Positions 21,459-30,463 of a stretch of 64,000 nucleotides of DNA are shown here, piece after piece; within the stretch, counting starts at the first letter, position 1; each line of letters opens with the position of its first letter. A program made the position numbers and the translations under genes. The notes under the pieces are model-generated. The model saw nothing but the letters and a program-made list of their open reading frames with translations, did no database searches and was not told where the DNA came from. Source of the stretch: Candidatus Nomurabacteria bacterium (GTDB taxonomy: Bacteria; Patescibacteriota; Patescibacteriia; HK-STAS-PATE-3); the NCBI GenBank assembly GCA_023898465.1, contig CP060223.1:480001-544000 (forward strand). The letters run 5' to 3'.

Positions 21459-21528
21459 TTTTCTTTTTCCTTTTTGCTCCGTTGTACTGAACGGAGATAA
21501 TTTTTTTTAAACCGACTCCCTTCGACCT

Positions 21529-22530
21529 TTATACGGGAACTTGGTTTCGAGATGATGAGGTGGGAAGTGTTGGCGCAATCTTAGGAGCATGCGCTTGCAG
21601 CTCTTCTTCCAGTCGGTTGTCCTTTTCCCACTCTTGGACAACGGTCAGAATATCAGATTCGATAACTGTTGGTACTTTGCCGTCTTGATTGTTCAGTGAC
21701 TCGAGTTTTACTTTGGCAGCCGCTTCATCAATCACATCAATTGCTTTATCCGGGAAATGACGGTTGCTTAATTTTTGATTAGAAAGTTGCACCGCATAAT
21801 TTAATGCCTCGTCGGTAATACGTACACCATGGTGCTTTTCATATCGCGAACGTAATCCATACAAAATTTTTAAAGTCATGTCGGCACTTGGCTCTTCAAT
21901 GGCAACCGGCTGGAAGCGTCGCTCTAGAGTACTGTCACGTGAAATATAATTTGTATACTCTTCAGGGGTAGAAGCGCCAATGACTTGTAACTCACCGCGT
22001 GCTAGAGCCGGCTTCAGAATATCGGCTGCATCAATTGCACCAGATGCCTCACCTGCCTCGGCTAAGGTATGAATCTCGTCGATGAACAAAATGATTGTTC
22101 GGTTCGCATGAATGATTTCATCGCGTAAAGTTTTTAAGCGCTTCTCAAATTCACCGCGATATTTTGTGCCAGCAACCAAGCCAGCTAAGTCGAGAGCTAG
22201 CACGCGTTTCCCTTTCAAAGTTTCGGGAACTTTTCCGTTGGCAATTTCGCTGGCTAACTCCTCAACTATAGCCGTCTTACCAACTCCTGAGTAACCGATC
22301 AACACGGGATTATTTTTTGTACGGCGTGAGAGAATTTGAATAAGTCGATGAATCTCATGACTGCGACCAATCACTGGATCTAATTTCCCTTGGCGTGCAA
22401 GGTGGGTTAAATCATTTGCGTATAAACCTAAAGTCGAGACATGATGGCCGCCATCCCTCTGTCCCTTAACGTAATAAAAAATTACCAGCAGTCCAATCAA
22501 CCCAATTCCGAGTGGTACAAATATTTCCAT
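21529..22530 (-). CDS. membrane-tethered AAA+ ATPase corresponding to a lone ClpA/ClpB/ClpC D1 module
   Basis: N-terminal TM helix, then [39 protein letters not shown] (the Clp D1 Walker A context), Walker [11 protein letters not shown], sensor/arginine-finger region and the small AAA subdomain. There is no N-domain and no D2 domain. Confidence 0.65.
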   Translation of the reverse strand: MEIFVPLGIGLIGLLVIFYYVKGQRDGGHHVSTLGLYANDLTHLARQGKLDPVIGRSHEIHRLIQILSRRTKNNPVLIGYSGVGKTAIVEELASEIANGKVPETLKGKRVLALDLAGLVAGTKYRGEFEKRLKTLRDEIIHANRTIILFIDEIHTLAEAGEASGAIDAADILKPALARGELQVIGASTPEEYTNYISRDSTLERRFQPVAIEEPSADMTLKILYGLRSRYEKHHGVRITDEALNYAVQLSNQKLSNRHFPDKAIDVIDEAAAKVKLESLNNQDGKVPTVIESDILTVVQEWEKDNRLEEELQAHAPKIAPTLPTSSSRNQVPV

Positions 22531-22578
22531 AACCTTTTTTGTTTTTCTTTTGCTTACAGCGCTTAACGCTGTACGTTT

Positions 22579-22842
22579 TTATTCTTCTGAGGTAACAAAG
22601 ACTTGATCTACGCCGAGCACTTCGCCATTGCGATATGTTTTTGTCGCGCTAGCGGTCGGGATAGTGTCTTGCTTCCCGCCTGTCCAAGTGTAGATGGCGG
22701 AAAAAAGAACTGAGCCAAGTACGATAACACCCACTGACACAACATAGAGCAGGGCTATTTTTTGACTTGTGCTTACTTGTGTAGTGGTTTGTACTGGGAT
22801 TGTTTTTTTATTTGGCATAAGGCCTCCTGGTTTGAAAAACAA
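22579..22842 (-). CDS. small membrane protein
   Basis: 87 aa with one TM segment. Confidence 0.35.
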   Translation of the reverse strand: MFFKPGGLMPNKKTIPVQTTTQVSTSQKIALLYVVSVGVIVLGSVLFSAIYTWTGGKQDTIPTASATKTYRNGEVLGVDQVFVTSEE

Positions 22843-23184
22843 AGACCATATTCAGTCTTTGTGTTTCTTTTACATTTACTATTCTAGCACACTTTTTTAC
22901 TTTTTGCAAGCATAAAATAACGCGTCAATTGTTTCGGCAATGTTCAATTTAATATATTACCAAACTCCCTGGACTACCACGTTCAGGGAGAGCGCTTCTT
23001 CCGCGAAGGTGGTACTTCGCGGAATTGTAAAGGTGACTTTATTGCCCCCCCTCCCTTCCCTATTCCATGCACCGTCCAAGATAAATTCTTGGACTACGCG
23101 GTTATTATTTTCTCCTGCGTAGCGCAGGCGAAGAATTCATCTTCGCCATTCAGCATCGCTGGAGTTTATACAAAAACTTCAGGC

Positions 23185-23223
23185 AAAAGAAAGACGCCTG
23201 CACTCAAATGAGTAACAGGCGTC
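23185..23223 (-). terminator. rho-independent terminator of lipoprotein gene 23264-23713
   Basis: 8-bp stem GACGCCTG...CAGGCGTC followed on the minus strand by TTTCTTTT. Confidence 0.5.
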
Positions 23224-23263
23224 ATGGTGGTGAGTGAGTCGGGAAGATCATACTTCCTCCTCA

Positions 23264-23713
23264 CTACTGTCCGCGAACCGTGAAGTCCGGTCCGCCGTTG
23301 TTGTTGGTGCACACCGCGACGACCCAAGCGTACTTGCCCGTGAAACCGCGGACGGTTTCAACTTCGTAGATGCGCTCAGCCGTGATCGCCGGCACGTTGA
23401 TGGTGAAAGTACGAAACACACGATCACTGATCTGTGACTGATACACTTTGATAGTGTATCGCCCCTCGTTCAGGGTCATAGTCCCGTACTCATTGGGATG
23501 CACGGTCAGTCTTCGCGGCGGAGTACCGTCTTGCTCGTCCGCCGCTGCATGCCGAGTGATCTCGTACGACAAGGTGTAGTTCCAGTCGTTCGAGAAGATG
23601 CCTTCCGAACCTGCGAAATCCGGTCCCGTGAGCGTGAATGCACACCCAGAGAGGAGCGACGCTACGATGCCCAGAAGAGCAACGATAGCGAAGAAACGGT
23701 TGAACACCTGCAT
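23264..23713 (-). CDS. lipoprotein (signal peptide + LSGC lipobox), function unknown; GC-rich
   Basis: MQVFNRFFAIVALLGIVASLLSGC. Confidence 0.55.
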   Translation of the reverse strand: MQVFNRFFAIVALLGIVASLLSGCAFTLTGPDFAGSEGIFSNDWNYTLSYEITRHAAADEQDGTPPRRLTVHPNEYGTMTLNEGRYTIKVYQSQISDRVFRTFTINVPAITAERIYEVETVRGFTGKYAWVVAVCTNNNGGPDFTVRGQ

Positions 23714-23719
23714 TGTTCA

Positions 23720-24142
23720 TTACCTCCCAATCACCACGCCAGCAGCGTAGCGATGGTTGTAGTAGCGGAAGCTCCGTCCTTGATATGGGACGAAGAACTT
23801 TCCGTCACGTGTCTTCTTCCCATCGACGTTGAAGGATGTCCAGAGATACTTGCCCTCCGGATACCACTTCACGAAAGTCGGACATGTTCCGTCCAACGTG
23901 AATTGGTCCAGAGGATTCCTGTCAGAATCGTAGACGATCACTCGTTGCGTGAAATCCCGAAGTGGACCAGTGTTGGCGAAGATGACTTCCCCGCCTCCAG
24001 TCGACTCCACCACCTCGTGTCCATGCGCGACAGGGTTGTCGCACACGAAAACTTCGTGACAGAAGCGAGCTGTCGGTCCGCAACCCGTGAGGAGGGTCAC
24101 GCCAGCAGTCAACAACATGATGACAAAGAGCGAGCGGTTCAT
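23720..24142 (-). CDS. lipoprotein (LTGC lipobox), function unknown; GC-rich
   Basis: MNRSLFVIMLLTAGVTLLTGC. The 6-nt gap to the downstream gene suggests one operon. Confidence 0.55.
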   Translation of the reverse strand: MNRSLFVIMLLTAGVTLLTGCGPTARFCHEVFVCDNPVAHGHEVVESTGGGEVIFANTGPLRDFTQRVIVYDSDRNPLDQFTLDGTCPTFVKWYPEGKYLWTSFNVDGKKTRDGKFFVPYQGRSFRYYNHRYAAGVVIGR

Positions 24143-24187
24143 TTTCCTTTCCTCCGTAGCTAGAGTGCTTCCAATTGTGAACAGAGC

Positions 24188-24216
24188 ATGATAGCATATT
24201 TTCTCTATTTTGTCAA
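24188..24216 (-). promoter_or_regulatory. sigma70-like promoter (TTGACA-17-TATCAT) for the lipoprotein operon
   Basis: The minus strand reads TTGACAaaatagagaaaatatgcTATCAT, followed by a GGAGGA RBS before the ATG at 24142. Confidence 0.4.
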
Positions 24217-24244
24217 GAGGAGTAATAAATAACCTCCAACCGAA

Positions 24245-24268
24245 AGCTGAAGATGGCCATCTTCAGCT
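24245..24268. promoter_or_regulatory. 24-bp perfect palindrome AGCTGAAGATGGCCATCTTCAGCT in a divergent intergenic region
   Basis: Read directly from the sequence. It lies between the lipoprotein operon start and cysS, and is an operator-like dyad. Confidence 0.35.
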
Positions 24269-24316
24269 GCGAATACTATTGCCCATGCACTCCTCTACTT
24301 GCTACACTTCCCCTAC

Positions 24317-25693
24317 ATGGAACTCCAGCTATTCAACACACTGACACGACAGAAAGAAATATTTACTCAACCAGACCAGAGTCCGGTAAAAATGTATTCA
24401 TGCGGACCAACGGTGTATGGCTTCGCGCACATTGGTAATCTCCGCACCTATGTGTTTAGCGACCTCCTCCGCCGAACTCTTGAGTACAATGGTTTCAAAG
24501 TTGCCCAAGTCATGAACAGCACCGACGTTGGACATCTCACCGACGATGCTGATCAGGGAGAAGATAAAGTCGAGCAACAAGCCAAACGTGAAGCAAAAAG
24601 TGCGCTCGAGCTCACTCGTTCCTATGAGGAAGCCTTTCTTCATGATTTAGATGCCCTGCATATCGAACGCCCTACCCAATGGCTACGTGCGAGCGAACAC
24701 ATCCAAGAACAAATTGCCTTGATTCAACAACTTGAGGCAAAAGGGGTTACCTATCAGACTAGCGATGGAATTTATTATGACACCAGCACCTTCCCCCGCT
24801 ACGGCGAATTCGCCCGACTACATACGGCCGGACAACAGGAAGGCGCCCGCGTGCAAGTGAATACTGAGAAGCGTCATCCGACTGACTTTGCTCTGTGGAA
24901 GTTCAGTCCAGCTAACCAACAGCGCCAAATGGAATGGGGTTCTCCTTGGGGAGTTGGCTTCCCGGGCTGGCATCTAGAGTGTTCAGCTATGGTGATGAAA
25001 GCCTTTGGACCGACTGCTGATATTCACACCGGCGGTATTGATCATATTCCTGTCCACCATACGAATGAAATTGCCCAGAGCGAAGCAGTGACCGGCCAAG
25101 CGCTGGCCCGTTTCTGGCTGCATGGCGAATTCCTTATAATAGACGAGGGTCGTATGGGTAAATCTGAAGGAAATGCGCTTACCTTAAAAACACTGCAGGC
25201 AAAGGCCTTTGATCCTATCGCCTACCGCTTCTGGCTATTGCAAACTCATTATCGCACCAAGTTAAACTTTACCTGGGAAGCTCTCGAGGCAGCCCAGCGA
25301 GGTTGGCAAAACATGACTGCCGAAATAGAGCGTTGGGGCGCTATAGAGCCGGGACAAAGGAATGAAGATTTTGAGCAGCGCTTCCACGAAGCCATCAACA
25401 ATGATTTAGATCTGCCAAAATCTATGGCTATAACTTGGGAGTTGTTGCGCTCGGAAATACCTACCAATGATAAACTGGCCACCCTCTTAGGTTTTGATCG
25501 AGTTCTTGGACTAGGTATTGAAAGCATCCGCCCAATTACGCTGCCTGAGGAATTAAACACCTTATTACAAGAGCGCGAAACAGCCAGACAGGCAAAGGAC
25601 TGGGAAAAGGCGGATACGCTTCGTCAGCAACTTCTCGATGCTGGGTATGTAGTTGAGGATCGACCAAGCGGCGCTTTTGTCCGCCGAGCCTAA
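24317..25693 (+). CDS. cysS: cysteine--tRNA ligase
   Basis: MYSCGPTVYGFAHIGNLRTY (the CysRS signature with HIGH motif) and the KMSKS-like GRMGKSEGN. The start was set at ATG 24317 (MELQLFNTLTRQKE aligns with CysRS N-termini). Confidence 0.9.
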   Translation: MELQLFNTLTRQKEIFTQPDQSPVKMYSCGPTVYGFAHIGNLRTYVFSDLLRRTLEYNGFKVAQVMNSTDVGHLTDDADQGEDKVEQQAKREAKSALELTRSYEEAFLHDLDALHIERPTQWLRASEHIQEQIALIQQLEAKGVTYQTSDGIYYDTSTFPRYGEFARLHTAGQQEGARVQVNTEKRHPTDFALWKFSPANQQRQMEWGSPWGVGFPGWHLECSAMVMKAFGPTADIHTGGIDHIPVHHTNEIAQSEAVTGQALARFWLHGEFLIIDEGRMGKSEGNALTLKTLQAKAFDPIAYRFWLLQTHYRTKLNFTWEALEAAQRGWQNMTAEIERWGAIEPGQRNEDFEQRFHEAINNDLDLPKSMAITWELLRSEIPTNDKLATLLGFDRVLGLGIESIRPITLPEELNTLLQERETARQAKDWEKADTLRQQLLDAGYVVEDRPSGAFVRRA

Positions 25694-26068
25694 TTACACT
25701 GAGACAAAGCTTTTTGCATAGGTGATGGCTTCATCCATGCCGCCTTCGTATTTCACCACGTACTGATCAGCCACTTCCCTACCTGCTTGCATATCCACGC
25801 GTGAACATAGGGAGCTAAGGAGTATTAAGGGGATGTGCTTTGTACGCTGGTCAGCTTTAATGCAACGAGCAGAGGCAATTCCATTCATCACTGGCATAAC
25901 AATATCTGAAATTATCAGGTCCGGCTTTTCATTCATAACTATAGATACCGGATCAGCACTTGGGTTAGTAAAGTGTCGCACCTCAAAGCCAGCTTGGCGC
26001 AGACGCTGGCCAAACTTTTCTGCAAAAGCTGGGTCATCTTCAAAATGAAGTACTCGAGGTTTAGACAC
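25694..26068 (-). CDS. single-domain response regulator (CheY-like receiver)
   Basis: The D..D...K receiver pattern (DIVMPVMNG) in a 124-aa protein. Confidence 0.7.
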   Translation of the reverse strand: MSKPRVLHFEDDPAFAEKFGQRLRQAGFEVRHFTNPSADPVSIVMNEKPDLIISDIVMPVMNGIASARCIKADQRTKHIPLILLSSLCSRVDMQAGREVADQYVVKYEGGMDEAITYAKSFVSV

Positions 26069-26147
26069 AGAAGGAGTATAGCAAACTTTCTATATACTTA
26101 TGCTATAGTAAGACTGCTTAAATAATTGGATCATTTACGAGGGGAAA

Positions 26148-26834
26148 ATGAAAATACTACTCATCGAAGACAACCCAGAAATCCGTGAGTTTCTCAAGCC
26201 GGCTTTAGAAGCGGAGGCTTTTTCAGTTGATATTGCTGAGAATGGTAACATTGGTGCAAAAATGTCATGGGATCACACCTATGACTTGATTATTTTGGAC
26301 TACATGCTGCCGGATAAAAATGGCTGGGAAGTATGCCAAGAAATAAGAAATCGTGGAAATAAGGTACCTATTCTCGCACTTTCGGTGGTAAATGATACCG
26401 AAAAGAAAGTAGAATTTCTCAACTCAGGCGCTGATGACTATCTCACGAAACCTTTTTCCTTTAATGAATTATTAGCCAGAATTAGGGCACTTTTGCGTCG
26501 ACCCGATACTTTTGTGCACAATACACTGGCCGTTGGTGACCTTGAAATGGATCTCATTCAGCAAACAGTACGATGTGGGGGCCAAGAAGTATATCTAACT
26601 CGCAAAGAGTTTGAATTATTGGAGTATTTAATGCGAAACCCAGATCGTCCTTTATCCCGAGGAATGATTATTGAGCATGTCTGGGATATGGCAATTAATA
26701 CTTTTTCAAACACAATAGAAACGCATATTTTCAATTTGCGTCGGAAGCTCAATGAAAAAGCTTCGCGACAAATAATCGAAACACTCCCGGGTCGAGGTTA
26801 TAAAATAAGTTCAGTTTCCAAAATCACTTCTTAA
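26148..26834 (+). CDS. OmpR/PhoB-family response regulator (receiver + winged-helix)
   Basis: MKILLIEDNPEI...DLIILDYMLPDKNGWEV...LTKPFSFNELLARIRALLRR and a C-terminal trans_reg_C domain. Confidence 0.85.
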   Translation: MKILLIEDNPEIREFLKPALEAEAFSVDIAENGNIGAKMSWDHTYDLIILDYMLPDKNGWEVCQEIRNRGNKVPILALSVVNDTEKKVEFLNSGADDYLTKPFSFNELLARIRALLRRPDTFVHNTLAVGDLEMDLIQQTVRCGGQEVYLTRKEFELLEYLMRNPDRPLSRGMIIEHVWDMAINTFSNTIETHIFNLRRKLNEKASRQIIETLPGRGYKISSVSKITS

Positions 26835-27051
26835 GATAAAGTTAAGCAATTCTTTATCTCACCTGCTCTATAGTACATGTGCGCCTTGCTGGTCGACATT
26901 GCGCAGTAGTACAAATTTAATAGGAATAAGCCACATGAGCACCTTACTGGAGCAAATGCTCAACCAAGTTGAGACGCGGGGGGAATTGCAGAGCACCGAA
27001 ATTGCTCTGCAGCAAAGTGAGTTCCAGCCCTGGTCTCCCTGATAGCGCAAA

Positions 27052-28506
27052 ATGAACGCTCCGACGCCTCAGTTTGGAAACGGCTTTTTTTCAAAACCGA
27101 ACTACCCGCGTAAGGGCGTTCATTTTTTTCGTCTGCTTTTTGCACTTAAATCCATTGATGAGGATAAGCGTCGTAAGGAATTTATTCTCCTTATTATTCT
27201 GACGACCTCCATACTTATTGTCCTAGCGCTGAATCTCAGCGTACTTATTCGATTACTGCAAAGCCCTGACTTCACCGATCTGCGAGTTGCCGTCCCTTTC
27301 ATCATACTTCTCGCCTTTGTTTTTCTCTTCTGGTTAATGAAAAAACAACACATTACGATTACATCGTACATTGTCGTTGGAGTATATTTCTTCAGTATAA
27401 GCTTTGCTGCTTATACTTGGGGTATTGATTTGCCGGCCGCACTACTGAGTTTTGGTGTCCTCCTTTTTATTTCCGGAATGCTTATTTCAGCTCGCTTTGG
27501 TATTGGCTTGGCTATTGCCACTGCGGCTATCTTGATTTATTTTGCGTATCTGGAAGAGCACGGTATACACACACCGGACCGAGCCTGGATACAACAAGGG
27601 ATACGAGTAAGCGATGCCATAAATTTTTCTATCATACTGCTCTTTTTAACTGTGATCTCATGGCTGGCTAACTCCCAAATCAATAAATCTTTGCAACGCG
27701 CTCGATATTCTGAGGAAGCCCTGAAACAAGAGAAAGACCTACTAGAAATTACGGTACAAAATCGCACAAAGGCTTTGCGAAAAATTGAGCTACAAAAAAT
27801 ATCCGAGCTGTCTCAATTTGCTGAATTTGGCCGACTAGCAGCAGGACTGTTTCATGATCTCATTAATCCACTTAATGGCCTGCTCTTAAATATCCATCGC
27901 CTCTAACAAAGTGATGAAGCAAAGCAAGGAGACACACAAGAACGTATACAGCAAGCCGTAAAAGTAGGAGCTAAATTACAAGAATTTATTCAAAGGATTA
28001 AAAAGCAAATTAGTCGGGAACAAAGCCATGAAATATTTTTCCCAGCAAATGAGATTAGCGATGTTATCGAGCTACTGCGATACCAAAGCACTGAAGCAAA
28101 GGTGCATATCGCCTGCGTGACCACTAGAGAAATTTCCATTTATGGCTCCCCTCTCCTGTTTAGACAGCTCATACTCAATCTCCTAACCAACGCGATTGAG
28201 GCGTATCAAGGAACTGAGCAAAAAGATAAAACTGTACTCATCACACTTCATGCAGATAATGCAAATAATGAACTGAGCGTCCGAGATCATGGAGTTGGTA
28301 TCCCGAAAGATAAGCTCTATAAAATATTTGAGCCATTTTATACGACCAAGCCTAGTGATACTGGGATAGGCATTGGACTATCCACCGTTAAAAGTATTGT
28401 TGAGCAAGAATTGGGAGGAAGTATTAAGGTGCAAAGCGGCGAATATACAACCTTTACCATTCGTTGGCCTCAAAACTCTTCACCGACGCGACATGGAGAA
28501 CACTAA
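27052..28506 (+). pseudogene. membrane sensor histidine kinase interrupted by a single in-frame TAA (27904-27906)
   Basis: ORF 27052-27906 has 6 TM helices and ends inside the HisKA region (FHDLINPLNGL...NIHRL*). ORF 28102-28506 (HATPase_c, with N-box, G1 DHGVGIP and G2 GIGLGL) is in the same frame. The whole interval 27052-28506 is one frame with one stop. Confidence 0.6.
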
Positions 28507-30439
28507 TGCGCAGATCATCAAACAAGGACTACGTTACCTACAAAACATACAAACAAAAGAAGGGGGCTTCCTCAGTCAATCAAGCCCACTAAGCGAAAAA
28601 AATCCCAGGGGAATTCCGCGCCTCACGAGTTTTTTTACTTCACATGTACTTTTTTGCCTTGCTCAACTTCGCGAGTACACTGAAACAGAACTCATCATTA
28701 AGAAAGCCGAGCATTTTTTACGTTCACAAATTAACGCGCAGGGTTCATTTAATTACTGGAATAGAACAAGTACAGAGGCTACACAAATCCCCTATCCGGA
28801 TGACCTCGATGATACGATATGTGGATGGAATGCGCTCCATCTACTTCACACCGACGGTCTAAGCGGCGCTGAGTTGGCCAAGCTCACTCAACTCCTTATT
28901 CATCAGGAAGAGCAACCCGGCGGACCCTACCGCACCTGGCTACTGAATTCTCACTCCCCTGATGGTGAATGGTCAGATACTGATTTGGCAGTCAATGCAC
29001 ATATCGCCCGCCTTTTACGTTACCTCGGAGTAAAAACACCGCGCCTAGATGCTTTTTTAGAAAATGCATTGCGACAGGAAGTTCTCCTCTCGCGATATTA
29101 TCCTAGCTCCTTCCCAATCCTCTATGCGCTCTCCTATCGTAGCCCTCAAAAACATTCAAGCTTTATTCTACGTCATATCAAGAAGCTCCAACTCCCTGAC
29201 GGCACCTGGGGTAATCCATTACATAACGCTTTAGCTATTGAAACGCTGAGGGAGCTTGGCATTCGAGAAAATGAATTCGATAGCACTCGTGCGCAACAGT
29301 CCTTACGGGAAGCTCAAGAAAAAGGAGCTTGGCCAGCCATTGCTTATTGTATTGATCCCTGCTTCGAGGGCGAACAAATGATTGCTCGATCGAGCGCCCT
29401 TACAACCGCATACTGCCTACTTGCACTACATCAAAAAGAGAAAAAATCTCCTGTAACTATCGCAAAGGCAAATGAAAGCGAGGCGCGCTTTCTGCATGAC
29501 GTCCATCAAATTCTTTCTTATAAAATTACTAGTCTTGCGCCAGAGTTACAAGATCAGGGTAAGCAAACAATACTGCACTTTATTGAAAAAAAAGAAAACG
29601 CACATATCGCACTCCTCTCTTTACTAAGTTACCGAGCACTTTCCTCAAATATACTTAGATCCGACTATGAGTATCTGCTACGTCTCGCAATAAATAATAT
29701 CTATGGATGGATTGCCTATGGCATTTACGATCACATTCTCGATGAAAAAGATCTCATTGAGAAGCTACCTCTCGCCAATGTTTTACTCCGCACTCTTCAA
29801 TCAGAATACACTAAGCTTTTGCAATATATCCCGGGAGGTATTACTTATCTCGAAAACACTCTTAATGCCATAGACGCGGCTAATGCATGGGAAATTGACC
29901 ATTGCCGACTACACGTTAATGAAAAAAAACTTAAGCTACCCCAACACTTGCCTGCATTTAAGGATCTTTCGCAGCTAGCACAAAAAAGCTTTGGACATGC
30001 ACTACCAGCAATAACGGTATTTGCGCTCCACGGCTATAGCTTAGAAGAAGCTCCCCTTCAACATTTGCAAAACTTTTTTAAACACTTCCTCATAGCACGT
30101 CAGTTAAACGATGATGCACATGACTGGCTTACTGACTTAACAAAAGGAAGAATCACGCCAGCCAACCTGCGGGTGATTAAAAAAATATCAACTAAAGAAA
30201 TTAACTTTCAAGAGGATCTTACAAAACTAAAAAAAATGTATTGGGAAGAATGTATCAATGATATTAGTCAAGAAATTCTTCAGCATATTGCTGAAGCAAA
30301 AAATGAGCTTGGACAAATTAATATAGCAAATCCTGAGTACCTCAGCTCACTTCTTCACTCCTCGGAAACTGCAGCTAAAGAGGCAAAAAAACAAAGTAAG
30401 CAAATACTAGGCTTTCTAAAAAACTTTCATCCAGCCTAG
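28493..30439 (+). CDS. two-domain protein with an N-terminal prenyltransferase-beta/class II terpene-cyclase-like alpha-alpha toroid domain (DLDDT motif) and a C-terminal all-helical domain with Asp-rich motifs
   Basis: The start was reset to ATG 28493 (MENTNAQ), which overlaps the HK stop by 14 nt. Repeats of KEGGFLSQ, AQGSFNYW, QPGGPYRTW, LPDGTWGN and EKGAWP match prenyltransferase/squalene-cyclase QW-type repeats. PYPDDLDDTICGW resembles the class II DxDDTA motif. The C-terminal half carries YDHILDEKD and LNDDAHDWLTD. Confidence 0.5.
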   Translation: MENTNAQIIKQGLRYLQNIQTKEGGFLSQSSPLSEKNPRGIPRLTSFFTSHVLFCLAQLREYTETELIIKKAEHFLRSQINAQGSFNYWNRTSTEATQIPYPDDLDDTICGWNALHLLHTDGLSGAELAKLTQLLIHQEEQPGGPYRTWLLNSHSPDGEWSDTDLAVNAHIARLLRYLGVKTPRLDAFLENALRQEVLLSRYYPSSFPILYALSYRSPQKHSSFILRHIKKLQLPDGTWGNPLHNALAIETLRELGIRENEFDSTRAQQSLREAQEKGAWPAIAYCIDPCFEGEQMIARSSALTTAYCLLALHQKEKKSPVTIAKANESEARFLHDVHQILSYKITSLAPELQDQGKQTILHFIEKKENAHIALLSLLSYRALSSNILRSDYEYLLRLAINNIYGWIAYGIYDHILDEKDLIEKLPLANVLLRTLQSEYTKLLQYIPGGITYLENTLNAIDAANAWEIDHCRLHVNEKKLKLPQHLPAFKDLSQLAQKSFGHALPAITVFALHGYSLEEAPLQHLQNFFKHFLIARQLNDDAHDWLTDLTKGRITPANLRVIKKISTKEINFQEDLTKLKKMYWEECINDISQEILQHIAEAKNELGQINIANPEYLSSLLHSSETAAKEAKKQSKQILGFLKNFHPA

Positions 30440-30463
30440 AACTGTGAAAACTTCCTGGCGCTC

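Noticed and set aside
23498-24163. 221-aa plus-strand ORF spanning both lipoprotein genes
   Set aside because: It is antisense to two well-supported lipoprotein genes that have signal peptides, lipoboxes, a promoter and an RBS. Long spurious ORFs are expected in GC-rich DNA. The product is Arg/Ser-rich with no motif.
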